64,000 bases of DNA, from positions 1,746 to 65,745 of the forward strand of contig DASYSE010000126.1 in the NCBI GenBank assembly GCA_036003705.1, read 5' to 3'. The stretch is from Actinomycetes bacterium. Lineage in GTDB: Bacteria > Actinomycetota > CALGFH01. Of the stretch, positions 1 through 8,807 are shown piece after piece. The notes beneath the pieces are model-generated. The model searched no databases and was not told where the DNA came from. It saw only the letters and a list, made by a program, of their open reading frames with translations. Every line of letters begins with the position of its first letter. Positions within the stretch are counted from its first letter, which is position 1. Both the position numbers and the translations under genes were made by a program.

Positions 1-355
1 ACTCGATCCCGTCGGTGACGAAGGTGAACGTCGTGCCACCGCTCATGGGCAGCATCGGGCGCGGATGGTGCGTCAGGACGAAGACCGGCCCGTGGTACGG
101 CGGCTCGTCGCCCCACCAGCCCTTCCACTCCAGGTCCCAGTCGTCGCGACCAGGCCCGAACATGTTGCGGCCCATGATGAAGGCTCCCGCCGCCGTGATG
201 CCCTGGATCTCCGCGGCGTTCGCCTCGGGCTCCTCGAACATCCACCGATGCAGACGGTCCCCGACCCCCTCGCCGAAGGGATTGGCCAGGCTCTGGTTCG
301 GGCCCGCGACGAAACCGTCGACGGACATCGACATATCAGAGGTGACCTTGCTCAT
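1..355 (-). CDS. dihydrofolate reductase family protein (RibD C-terminal domain); C-terminus runs off the window start
   Basis: Own translation of the reverse strand from the ATG at complement 353-355: MSKVTSDMSMSVDGFVAGPNQSL...GPVFVLTHHPRP..., which resembles RibD_C/YwjB-like proteins. Not in the ORF track because it is truncated. Confidence 0.55.
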   Translation of the reverse strand, partial: MSKVTSDMSMSVDGFVAGPNQSLANPFGEGVGDRLHRWMFEEPEANAAEIQGITAAGAFIMGRNMFGPGRDDWDLEWKGWWGDEPPYHGPVFVLTHHPRPMLPMSGGTTFTFVTDGIE

Positions 356-678
356 CTCGCTGTCTCCTCCCGCTTGAACGGGTCGGTGCTCTCGGCGCTC
401 GATCAGCACCGCTCACGAACCGGACTCACTACTACAGGGTCCTGGGTGTCAGCTTGGCGAGTCACGAGACTGACAGGCCGTCATCAGGGTCAGGTACGAA
501 GGGCGACAATGAACGAGGGCGACCTGGAGCGGAAGTCTATCTGTGGCGGCCCGGGCTGATCAGGCGGCATCCTCCTTCCGGCGACCTGCGGTTCCTCCGA
601 ACCGTCGGCAACCGGTGGTGACCGCTGCTGCCCGTGCTCGACCGTTGCGGCACGGATCCAGCGTGGACCGAGCGCCGG

Positions 679-1110
679 TCAGGACCGCGCGATGCCGTGC
701 GCCTGCTGGATCGTCCGCAGCTGGGCCGCATCGGCGTTCGCGGCCAGCGCCGCCGACAGCTCCGCGAAGTACTCGTCCAGCCCGCCCGGCGTCACGATCA
801 GCAGCGCCGTCGCCGGACCACCCACGGACCGGAACACGTGCGGCAGGTTGCGCGGCAGGAACACAAACGACCCGGGCCCGGCCCGGAACCGGTCCTCGCC
901 GCACTCCACGTCCAGGGTCCCCGTGAGGACGTAGAGGCTCTCGTCCTCGCGGCTGTGGGTGTGCCTGGGCGGCCCACCGTCGATGGTGGACTCGATCACG
1001 GTGAGGCTGCCGCCGGTCGACCGGCCGGACGCCTTCACGTCGGGTCCCCGGCCGGGCACGCCCTCACCTGGTCCGACGACGTATCCACGGGTGACGGGCT
1101 GGTTGGACAC
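679..1110 (-). CDS. cupin domain protein
   Basis: Track ORF 679..1194; the translation has a cupin-like core (HTHSREDESLYVLTGTL...GSFVFLPRNLPHVF). Start placed at the in-frame GTG at 1110, preceded by GGGAGG. Confidence 0.6.
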   Translation of the reverse strand: MSNQPVTRGYVVGPGEGVPGRGPDVKASGRSTGGSLTVIESTIDGGPPRHTHSREDESLYVLTGTLDVECGEDRFRAGPGSFVFLPRNLPHVFRSVGGPATALLIVTPGGLDEYFAELSAALAANADAAQLRTIQQAHGIARS

Positions 1111-1937
1111 AGCGGCCTCCCTGGAGCAGTTCCGACGCCTGAGCGCAAGGTACATCGCCTCGCCATGCCGGCGCGCTCGCCTACCTGAGCCCAAGCTGGT
1201 TGCGCAGCCTCAGCCTGCCTACAGAACAGCGTGACCGCCGCTCTGGTAGGACGCCCTCCCGCCACCCTGTCCTCGATCCGCGCACCTCAGGGTGGCTTTC
1301 GCTGTGCAGGGCGGTCCACAGTAGTCGCCTGAAGTCGTCACGGTGGCGGTCAACTTGGCCGTTCAGGCACCTCCGCTCCCGTATGCCCGCAGCAGCAGTG
1401 GAATCAGACTCACAGATGCCCGAAGGGCCTCCCGATGTTCGGCTGCAAGGCTCGTGTGGGTCGGTGCGTTGCAGAGCTGGCAGGCGCCCCGCAGGGCGCG
1501 CAACGGGCGTCTGTAGCACCGGTTGCGCGTTGCGCTTGGTTCGGCTGCACACGCCGCGGCCCCGAGTGTCCACCCGGGGCCGCGCGGAGCGGCATCGCTC
1601 GGGGCCTGTCCCCAGCAAGCCCGTCATCCCCGGCCTCGCCCACCCCCAAGTTGGGAGGGCCGGTCCATGGCTCGTGCCCTGGACCTGGAGCGGGCAAAAC
1701 GCCGCGCCGGACAAGTACGTAGAAGTAACCGCCCTTTCATTCATGAAGCGTGGAACGGGTCACCGTGACGGCGTTGTCCGTCGTCGATCGTCGACCTCGG
1801 ATCGCCTCGTGACGGCCTGACCCACGTGTGCGACCTTGAGGCATGCGCCTGCTCGCAGTGACCGGGCTGGCTCCCTGCTCGCCCGCGCCGTAGCGTGCCG
1901 GAATTCACGAAACGCCAACGAGACGGGGACGCGGCGC

Positions 1938-2525
1938 ATGGACTTCCAGCAGGTGGTGCAGAAGCGACGGATGGTCCGGGCGTTTCGGGAGGAGCCGCTG
2001 GCCCGCGAGGTGGTCGAGCGCATCCTGGCCAACGGCAACCGGGCACCCTCGGCCGGCTTTACCCAGGGCTATGGGTTCCTGGTTCTGGAGGAAGCTGTCG
2101 ACCGGGCCCGTTTCTGGGAGACGGTCACCACTGCCGACCACCAGCCGGCGGTCGAGGAGGTGGCCGCTCCGCTGCTCGTGATCCCGCTGGCCTGCAAGAT
2201 TGCTTACTTGGACCGCTATGCCGAGCCGGACAAGGGTTGGACCGATCGAGACGAGGCCTACTGGCCAATTCCCTACTGGTACATCGACACCGCCTTTGCT
2301 GCCCTGCTGATGCTGTTGACTGCGGTCGATGAGGGTTTGGGAGGGCTGTTTTTCGGCCTTCCGCCGGAGGCGACTCCCGTCCTTCGGACGGTCTTCGGCG
2401 TTCCCGATGACCATGAGCCGATCGGCGTGATCGCCATCGGCCAGCCGGCGCCGGGCGGGTCGACCGGGTCGGCCTGGCGGGGACGGCGACCGCTGGATCA
2501 GGTGGTCCACCGGGGTCACTGGTGA
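1938..2525 (+). CDS. nitroreductase family protein
   Basis: MDFQQVVQKRRMVRAFREEPL...ANGNRAPSAG...GGLFFG is typical of the nitroreductase fold. Start at M35 of ORF 1836..2525. Confidence 0.75.
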   Translation: MDFQQVVQKRRMVRAFREEPLAREVVERILANGNRAPSAGFTQGYGFLVLEEAVDRARFWETVTTADHQPAVEEVAAPLLVIPLACKIAYLDRYAEPDKGWTDRDEAYWPIPYWYIDTAFAALLMLLTAVDEGLGGLFFGLPPEATPVLRTVFGVPDDHEPIGVIAIGQPAPGGSTGSAWRGRRPLDQVVHRGHW

Positions 2526-2896
2526 GCCACGAAGCGACCCAAGCATGACCTCCATCGGGCCGCCGAGCAGGTCCGTGATCGAGTCGCAGGCATAGCCGCC
2601 GTCGGCTCCTCCAGGTTCTCGAGGGCGGCCGTGGCGGCGGCGTGGGCCTGGTCGGCGGCGCCGGTGGCCTCCTTGGCGACCGCACGCCGCTCGGTCGCGG
2701 CGGTCGCGGCCGGATCCCTTCCAGCGCCCGCGCCGCCGCCTGCCGGGCCCGGTCCCGCTCATCAGCCGCCCGGCCGAACCCGGCCCCAGCCGGGAGCGGT
2801 CCCCTCCATCCTTGCTCGGTACGACGTCGCGCTCGAGGTCGAACGCTATCGTCTATTCGGGCGGAGGTGTCGATCTCGTCGGTTCCCGTTTGTCTC

Positions 2897-3025
2897 ATGG
2901 GTGACCATCCCGAGGAGGAGGGAGCGACGAAGTACATGCTGCTGATCCATCAAGGCGACACGCCGACGCCGCGGTCGCCGAAGGCGGGGGCGAAGCTCTC
3001 CGAGGCCGAACAGAAGGCGCGCTAA
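2897..3025 (+). pseudogene. YciI-like (DGPF domain) gene remnant, 5' fragment only
   Basis: ...KYMLLIHQGDTPTPRSPKAGAKLSEAEQKAR then a stop. This matches the N-terminus of YciI-like proteins (MKYMLLIY...ALSEEE...), but only about 40 codons remain. Confidence 0.3.
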
Positions 3026-3110
3026 AAGGGGGCCCCCAGGTCCACCTTGCCGTTTCGTTTCGTCATCGAGGTTGAGGTGTTCAACGCAACGTCCAAGAAG
3101 GGAGACAACC

Positions 3111-3500
3111 ATGCCTCTGGAAGTGACCGCGATCATGATCGGTGTGGAGGACCTGGCCCGCTCGAAGCAGTTCTATGGGGAAGGCTTGGGCTGCACGATC
3201 GACAAGGACTATCGCAACTTCGTGTCGTTCGACCTGGGTGAGGGATCGTCGTCGCTGGCCCTCTACGAGTGGGAGGCAGCGGCCCAAGACGCCGGCGTCT
3301 CCTCTGAGGGTTCCGGCTTCCGGGGCGTGTCGTTCCATTTCATCGTCCCGTCGAGCGAGGCTGTGGACGAGGTCATGGGCAACGCCGTGGCTGCCGGTGG
3401 CGGCGTCGTGAAGGAAGCGGCGGCCTCCCAGTGGGGCGGGTACTTCGGGTACTTCAGCGACCCGGACGGCTACCTCTGGAAGGTCGCATCCCCCTCCTAA
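3111..3500 (+). CDS. VOC family protein (glyoxalase/bleomycin-resistance fold)
   Basis: MPLEVTAIMIGVEDLARSKQFYGEGLGC...DPDGYLWKV. Start at M14 of ORF 3072..3500. Confidence 0.7.
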   Translation: MPLEVTAIMIGVEDLARSKQFYGEGLGCTIDKDYRNFVSFDLGEGSSSLALYEWEAAAQDAGVSSEGSGFRGVSFHFIVPSSEAVDEVMGNAVAAGGGVVKEAAASQWGGYFGYFSDPDGYLWKVASPS

Positions 3501-3820
3501 CGCCAGGCCGCCGAGCAGCTGGTTCATGGGCGCAACGCCGGGCACGCTCCAGCTCCCTGACATCGACTTGGCAGCGTGCCGGCAACGCGCTGGATCCAGG
3601 TGGGCGGCCGCCCGGGCAGGCATCGCCACGGCAGCCGGCCCGCTGCTGGCGTCGAGTGACGGGCGGCTCAGGCGGCGGGCGGAAGCGAAGGCGGGCCCGA
3701 TCGTCAGGTGGATGCTGCTGGGCAGGTCCGGGCCATCACGTCCGGTGGTTGATCGCACGGATCACCATCGCGGCATGCCCGACCACCGTTGAGGTCATGC
3801 AGCTACGCTCCATGGCGCCA

Positions 3821-4516
3821 TCAGCGGCGCAGTATCACCCATAGGTGCCGATGCCCACGCGGTCGTAGCTCGACGCGGATCCCCGGTCTGGACGCGGCCT
3901 GGAGTAGCCGGTGCCTCGGGACACGGGTGCCGCGCCAGGCAGCCGACCACACCCGGCGACCCTGGGCGGCGTGAACAAGGTGACCGGCGAGGTCGACCGC
4001 CCACGGCAGCGGACCCGGATGGCGCACCTGCAGCGCACCAAGCCCACCTGGTCTCAGCACGCGGCCGGCCTCGTCTAAGTAGCCAAGGACCGCCGCACCA
4101 GTTGGGACGTGCTGCAGGGTGATGTAGGAGAAGACGTCGTCGACTGAACGGTCGGGAATCCCGGCAAGGTCGGCACCGGAGCCGAGCGCCCACTCCACGT
4201 TGCCGACGCCGGCCAGGTTGCCGCGGCCGAGCGTTAGCATCTCGTCAGACACGTCGAGGGCGATCACCCGTCCGTACAACTCGGCGAAGCGGTGAGTCAT
4301 GCGACCGGCCCCGGCGCCGATCTCCAGCAAGGTCTTGTCCTTGGACGGCTGGAGTCCGCAGAAGGCGATGAGCTCGTCGGTGTCCCGGCGGCCGCGCTCG
4401 AAGAAGGGGTCGGAGGCCGTGGCGATGTACCAGCTGGCGTCTTCATGTGCGGCGCGGTTCCACCAGACTCTGGAGTCGGCCACCGGATCCCTCACGCCAT
4501 TCTCGACGAGCGTCAT
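3821..4516 (-). CDS. class I SAM-dependent methyltransferase
   Basis: LEIGAGAGRMTHRFAELYGRVIALDVSDEML is a motif I GxGxG-type SAM-binding site. Confidence 0.75.
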   Translation of the reverse strand: MTLVENGVRDPVADSRVWWNRAAHEDASWYIATASDPFFERGRRDTDELIAFCGLQPSKDKTLLEIGAGAGRMTHRFAELYGRVIALDVSDEMLTLGRGNLAGVGNVEWALGSGADLAGIPDRSVDDVFSYITLQHVPTGAAVLGYLDEAGRVLRPGGLGALQVRHPGPLPWAVDLAGHLVHAAQGRRVWSAAWRGTRVPRHRLLQAASRPGIRVELRPRGHRHLWVILRR

Positions 4517-4624
4517 TTGCGCGCGGACTCTACGAGAGTCCGCCTAAGGGGACAAGCTGGCGAACCCAGGGGGTGCGCGGAGGTCCGGTTCCGTACTGCG
4601 TTATCCCGTTGACCTGGGCCGATG

Positions 4625-4700
4625 TGGTGGGCAGGGACGGGATCGAACCGCCGACCTTGCGGTTTTCAGCCGCACGCTCTACCGACTGAGCTACCTGCCC
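4625..4700 (-). tRNA. tRNA-Phe (GAA)
   Basis: The reverse complement folds as a tRNA: GGGCAGGTAGCTCAGTCGGTAGAGC...CTGAAAA...GGTTCGATCCCGTCCCTGCCCACCA, anticodon GAA, CCA encoded. Confidence 0.9.
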
Positions 4701-4735
4701 GGGGGAGCCGGGGGCGGGTTGCCTCCGGTCCGGAG

Positions 4736-4811
4736 CGGTCCCGACGGGATTTGAACCCGCGACCTCCGCCTTGACAGGGCGGCGAGCACAGCCAAGCTGC
4801 TCCACGGGACC
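4736..4811 (-). tRNA. tRNA-Asp (GTC)
   Basis: Reverse complement GGTCCCGTGGAGCAGC...CCTGTCAAGG...GGTTCAAATCCCGTCGGGACCG, anticodon GTC; acceptor stem pairs. Confidence 0.88.
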
Positions 4812-4830
4812 ACGCATGGTGGCCATCCTG

Positions 4831-4903
4831 TGCCCCCAGCGGAGTTCGAATCCGCGTCGCCACCTTGAAAGGGTGGTGTCCTAGGCCACTAGACGATGGG
4901 GGC
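4831..4903 (-). tRNA. tRNA-Glu (TTC)
   Basis: Reverse complement GCCCCCATCGTCTAGTGGCCTAGGACACCACCCTTTCAAGGTGG...TTCGAACTCCGCTGGGGGCA, anticodon TTC. Confidence 0.88.
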
Positions 4904-4920
4904 CCGGCTCGGTTGCGGGG

Positions 4921-4993
4921 TGGGCCGCGTCGGCCTCGAACCGACGACACCCCGGTTAAAAGCCGGGTGCTCTACCAACTGAGCTAGCGGCCC
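4921..4993 (-). tRNA. tRNA-Lys (TTT)
   Basis: Reverse complement GGGCCGCTAGCTCAGTTGGTAGAGCACCCGGCTTTTAACCGG...GGTTCGAGGCCGACGCGGCCCA, anticodon TTT. Confidence 0.88.
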
Positions 4994-5054
4994 ACGACAG
5001 AGCGCGCCGATGGTGCCATCGTCGTCGGCGCCCTGTCAAAGGATACCTAGTCGG

Positions 5055-5555
5055 CTAGCCCCAGCCGGGAGTGGTCTGCTCGAAGTTCACCGTCACCCAG
5101 ATGGTCCGTCCGCTGATCCAGGTTCCGACCCCGAACAGGTTGGCCCGGCGGTAGAGGATGTTGGCCCGGTGCTGCGGGGAGTCCATGAACGCGTCCTGGA
5201 GCCGGCGCACCGACGGCCCGATGCCGTCGGACCCCATGGTGCCGCAGCCGACGTTCTGGCCGAGCCAGACCCAGTGGTCGCTGGCACTGGAGATGTCGTT
5301 GTGCCAGAGCGCTCGGCTGTCGCAGCGGCCGCCGTAGCGCTGAGCGGCCTTGCGGGCCATCGCCACCGAGTGCGACCGGGACAGCTTGGCCAGGGTGGCC
5401 GAGGTGGTCAGCGAGCGCAGGCCGTTGGCGCGCCGATCGGCGTTGGTGACGCGGACGAACTCGGCGTCGGTGCGGGGTCCCGCGCCGGCCGGGACCGGCA
5501 GCGCGAGCATGCCTACGACCAACAGCAGCAACGTGAGCAGGCGGCGGACCGACAT
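5055..5555 (-). CDS. CAP (SCP/PR1-like) domain secreted protein
   Basis: N-terminal signal peptide (LLTLLLLVVGMLALPVPAGAG) followed by CAP-like HSVAMARK...HRANIL...FGVG. Confidence 0.65.
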   Translation of the reverse strand: MSVRRLLTLLLLVVGMLALPVPAGAGPRTDAEFVRVTNADRRANGLRSLTTSATLAKLSRSHSVAMARKAAQRYGGRCDSRALWHNDISSASDHWVWLGQNVGCGTMGSDGIGPSVRRLQDAFMDSPQHRANILYRRANLFGVGTWISGRTIWVTVNFEQTTPGWG

Positions 5556-5633
5556 GGGCGCCCTCCTGGGGAGCGGACCTGGGACCGGATGTACGGGTCT
5601 TCGGCCGCTCCGGGGGGGGCCTTGAGCAATTGG

Positions 5634-6374
5634 CTAGGGCCCGGCTTCGCGCTCCGCCCTGGCCTGGTCCGCCGGCAGCAGCTTGTAGCCGACGCCACGG
5701 ACGGTGGCGATCATCGACTCGTGCTCGGGGCCGAGCTTGGCCCGCAGGCGGCGGACGTGCACGTCCACGGTGCGGGTGCCGCCGAAGAAGTCGTAGCCCC
5801 AGACCTCCTGGAGCAGCTGGGCCCGGGTCGACACCCGACCCGGTCTGGCGGCGAGAAACCGCAGCAGCTCGAACTCCTTGTAGGTGAGGTCGAGCGGCCG
5901 GCTCCTGAGCCGGACCTGGTAGGAGACGGGGTCCACGACCAGGTCGCCAACCCGGATGGCGGCGTCGGGGTCGGCGACCTCCGGGCGCTGGACCAGCAGC
6001 CGGAGCCGGGCCTCGACCTCGCCCGGCCCGGCGCCGGGGAGCACGAAGTCGGAGGCGCCCCAGTCGCGCTGCAGCCCGGCCAGGCCGGCCTCCGGCATCA
6101 CCACCAGGATGGCCAGGTGCTCGGAGCCGCCCCGCAGGGTCCGGCAGAGCGCCTGGGCGCGGGACAGGTCGCGGGTGGCGTCGATCACCACCAGCTCCTT
6201 GGCCGCGGCAGCCAGCAGGCTGGCTGCGTCGAGGGGCATCGTGGCAACCGGATGGGCCAGGTACTCCAGGGCGGGCAGGACCTCTTTCGCCCCCCCGGCC
6301 CGACCTGTCAGGCAGGCGAGCTCGGCCACCCGATCTCCTCCGTGGAATTGCCGCCGCGGCGAACAGCCGCGCAA
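5634..6374 (-). CDS. OmpR/PhoB-type winged-helix regulator with a degenerate (pseudo-)receiver domain
   Basis: C-terminus RAQLLQEVWGYDFFGGTRTVDVHVRRLRAKLG...RGVGYKL is a canonical OmpR wHTH. The N-terminal REC-like region lacks the acidic pair and the conserved KP. The start is uncertain; an alternative M would give 5634..6239. Confidence 0.65.
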   Translation of the reverse strand: MRGCSPRRQFHGGDRVAELACLTGRAGGAKEVLPALEYLAHPVATMPLDAASLLAAAAKELVVIDATRDLSRAQALCRTLRGGSEHLAILVVMPEAGLAGLQRDWGASDFVLPGAGPGEVEARLRLLVQRPEVADPDAAIRVGDLVVDPVSYQVRLRSRPLDLTYKEFELLRFLAARPGRVSTRAQLLQEVWGYDFFGGTRTVDVHVRRLRAKLGPEHESMIATVRGVGYKLLPADQARAEREAGP

Positions 6375-6388
6375 CCTACCATAGCGGT

Positions 6389-6628
6389 ATGGTCAGGATC
6401 CGACTGTTCGCCGCCCTGCGCGAGGCGGCCGGCGTGCCGGAGGCGGAGGCCCAGCCGGGCCCCCTCCAGGCGATCCTCGACGAGCTCGGCGAGCGCTTCG
6501 GCCACCGCTTCGTCGCCGTCCTCGGCTACTCGAGCGTGCTGGTGGACGGCGAGCGCTGGCGCGACCCGGCCGCCCCGGTCCCCGACGGCGCCGAGCTGGC
6601 CCTGCTGCCGCCGTTCTCCGGGGGTTGA
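6389..6628 (+). CDS. MoaD/ThiS family sulfur-carrier protein (ends in GG)
   Basis: 79 aa, MVRIRLFAALREAAG...ALLPPFSGG. Ubiquitin-like size with a C-terminal Gly-Gly. Confidence 0.7.
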   Translation: MVRIRLFAALREAAGVPEAEAQPGPLQAILDELGERFGHRFVAVLGYSSVLVDGERWRDPAAPVPDGAELALLPPFSGG

Positions 6629-6680
6629 CCGCGCCTCCGATGGATCGATGCGGCTGGCTCGTGACAATCTAGGCGGTGCC

Positions 6681-7373
6681 ATGCGCAAGCTGCTGATCGC
6701 CGCCGTCGTCCTGCTGATCCTTGGCGCCGCCGCCGACTTCGCCGCCGCCCGCGTCTTCGAGGACCGGGTCACCGACGTGCTGCAGCGCGAGTACGAGCTC
6801 GGCCGGCGGCCGGTGGTGCAGGTCCGCGACTTCCCGTTCCTGCCCCACCTGGCCACCGGGCGGTTCTCGACCATCGACGTCGCCGCCACCGACGCGAAGA
6901 CCGAAGGGATCAACGCCGCCAGGGTCCAGCTCCACCTCCGCGGCGTCCGGGTGCCGCGGGACGTCCTGTTCGGCGAGCCGGGCCGGATCACCGTCGACCG
7001 GGCGGACGGCCAGGTCGAGCTGACCGAGGCCGAGGTCAACCGGCTGCTGGCCGACCGCCTGCAGGGCGGGGCGCTGGCCATCGGTGAGGACGGGGTGCGG
7101 GTGCGCGTCCAGGTCGAGTTGCTCGGCCGGTCGCTGGACGCGGTGGTCACCGGCAAGCTGGGGGCCCGTGACGGCGCGGTCACGTTCACGCCCAACGACG
7201 TGCGCCTTGGCGGGGGCATCGACCCGGCCCTCGGGCCCCAGATTGCCTCGCGGTTCACCTTCGAGGTGCCGTTGCCGGAGCTGCCGGCCGGCCTGCAACT
7301 GGAGCGGGTCGACACCCGGCCGGGGACCGTGGTGCTCAGCGGCCGGGCGGCGGCCGTGGGCGTATCCGCCTGA
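6681..7373 (+). CDS. DUF2993 (LmeA-like) membrane-anchored protein
   Basis: MRKLLIAAVVLLILGAAADFAAARVFE...; N-terminal TM helix. Start at ATG 6681, computed by amino-acid index within the artefactual ORF 5010..7373. Confidence 0.6.
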   Translation: MRKLLIAAVVLLILGAAADFAAARVFEDRVTDVLQREYELGRRPVVQVRDFPFLPHLATGRFSTIDVAATDAKTEGINAARVQLHLRGVRVPRDVLFGEPGRITVDRADGQVELTEAEVNRLLADRLQGGALAIGEDGVRVRVQVELLGRSLDAVVTGKLGARDGAVTFTPNDVRLGGGIDPALGPQIASRFTFEVPLPELPAGLQLERVDTRPGTVVLSGRAAAVGVSA

Positions 7374-7385
7374 TACGCTGCACCC

Positions 7386-7484
7386 ATGACCCTGGAGTTC
7401 TGGTACACGGCCTTGCTGGTCGCCATGCTGGGCGCCGCGGGCGTGTTCGCCATCTACGTCGTCTACCGCCTGCTCAAGGACTGA
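7386..7484 (+). CDS. candidate small membrane peptide (32 aa)
   Basis: MTLEFWYTALLVAMLGAAGVFAIYVVYRLLKD: a single hydrophobic helix plus a basic tail, directly downstream of the DUF2993 gene. Below the ORF-track size cut-off. Confidence 0.3.
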   Translation: MTLEFWYTALLVAMLGAAGVFAIYVVYRLLKD

Positions 7485-7771
7485 CGGCGGGCCCTGGCTG
7501 GATCCGGGCAAGAAAAGGCCCAGGGGGTTGTGCTCTCCGCTCTTGCAAGCGGCGCCATCTCGGTCGGACCAGGCCGAGGCCCCCTGGGTTCGGTGATCTG
7601 TTTGGATTCCGGGGGTGATCCACTCCCCGCGATCGAGGTCTGATCGCCCTACCGGGCAGTCACCTCACGGGTCCGTACCGGTTCTGACAGCTGGACCACC
7701 TCCCTTCTCGCGTGATTCCAGTTAGCCACACCGCCGTCCGGACCGCAAACATGTTTGGCTACCATGGGGCC

Positions 7772-8755
7772 ATGCACGCATTGACCAGCCCACTCGACGC
7801 GCTCGCGGCGGCAAGGGAGCGCGTGGTCGCGGTCGACCGGCCCGACCTGGCGACGGTCGCCTTGACCGGAGCCGACGTGCTCCGCTACCTGCACGCCGTC
7901 TGCACCCAGCACACCGCCGACCTGCGTCCCGGCGACGCCGCCCAGGCGCTGCTGCTGTCGCCCAAGGGCAGGATCGAGCTCGCCTTCCGGCTGGCCGTGC
8001 TCGATGGCGGCGTGCTGCTGGACGCCGATGCCGAGACCGCCCAGGCGCTGGCCGCGCGGCTGGCCCGCTTCGTGTTCCGCTACGACGTGGCGGTCGCCCA
8101 GCCGGTCGCGGGAGCGGCGACCCTGCTCGGCCCGGCCGCCGACGCCGCCCTGACGGCCGCCGGGCTCCCGGCCCCGGCGGCGGGCCGGGTGGCGATCGTC
8201 GGGCCGGAGCTGGTGGTCCACCGCACGCCGGTCGGGGTCGACCTGGTCGGCCCGGGCGCCACCGCGGCGGCCGCGCGCCTGGAGCGGGCCGGGGTCGGGC
8301 GTGCCACGGCCGGGCTGTGGGAGCTGGTCAGGGTCGAGCACGGTCTGCCGCGGGCCGGCCGCGAGCTGACCGACGACGTGCTGGCCGAGGAGGCAGGGCT
8401 GCTGGGCTCCCACGTCCACCTGGACAAGGGCTGCTACCCGGGCCAGGAGACGGTGGCCAGGGTGCACAACCTCGGGCAGGTCCAGCGCCGCCTGGCCGGC
8501 CTCCGCTTCAAGCCGGCCGGCGGCCGGGACCCCGATGACCTGCCGGTTGGCGTCCAGGGTGGGGACGACCTGCCAGCCCCCCGGACCGACCTGGTCACCG
8601 ACGACGGCCGCCGCGCCGGCCAGCTCCGCAGCGTCGTCCGCCATCCCGAGCTCGGCCCGATCGGCCTGGCCTACGTCCGCCGGGTGGTCGAGCCGGGGCG
8701 CCTGGTGATCGCCGATGGCCGGCTCGCGACGGTCGTCGAGTTGCCGTTCGGCTGA
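7772..8755 (+). CDS. ygfZ: YgfZ/GcvT-family folate-binding protein
   Basis: ...KGCYPGQETVARVHNLG is a hallmark of the YgfZ/GcvT C-terminal barrel. Start at M21 of ORF 7712. Confidence 0.7.
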   Translation: MHALTSPLDALAAARERVVAVDRPDLATVALTGADVLRYLHAVCTQHTADLRPGDAAQALLLSPKGRIELAFRLAVLDGGVLLDADAETAQALAARLARFVFRYDVAVAQPVAGAATLLGPAADAALTAAGLPAPAAGRVAIVGPELVVHRTPVGVDLVGPGATAAAARLERAGVGRATAGLWELVRVEHGLPRAGRELTDDVLAEEAGLLGSHVHLDKGCYPGQETVARVHNLGQVQRRLAGLRFKPAGGRDPDDLPVGVQGGDDLPAPRTDLVTDDGRRAGQLRSVVRHPELGPIGLAYVRRVVEPGRLVIADGRLATVVELPFG

Positions 8756-8807
8756 ATGGCCTACAATCTGTCCCGCTCCGTGGGCCGGTGGCGATCAGGG
8801 GGGATGG

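Noticed and set aside
1200-1935. ~730-bp region without an assigned gene between the cupin and nitroreductase genes
   Set aside because: All ORFs there (for example 1200..1820, 1181..1744) have Arg/Pro/Ser-rich junk translations. This may be a degraded gene, but I see no recognisable remnant.
4625-4993. tRNA cluster as a possible genomic-island integration site
   Set aside because: No integrase, excisionase or direct repeat of a tRNA 3' end is present within the flanking 5 kb. The flanking genes are ordinary housekeeping types.
5010-7373. 787-aa plus-strand ORF spanning the CAP, regulator, MoaD and DUF2993 loci
   Set aside because: Low-complexity Ala/Arg/Pro-rich translation typical of an off-frame read through high-GC DNA. 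It overlaps four better-supported genes; only its last 230 codons (the DUF2993 gene) are real.
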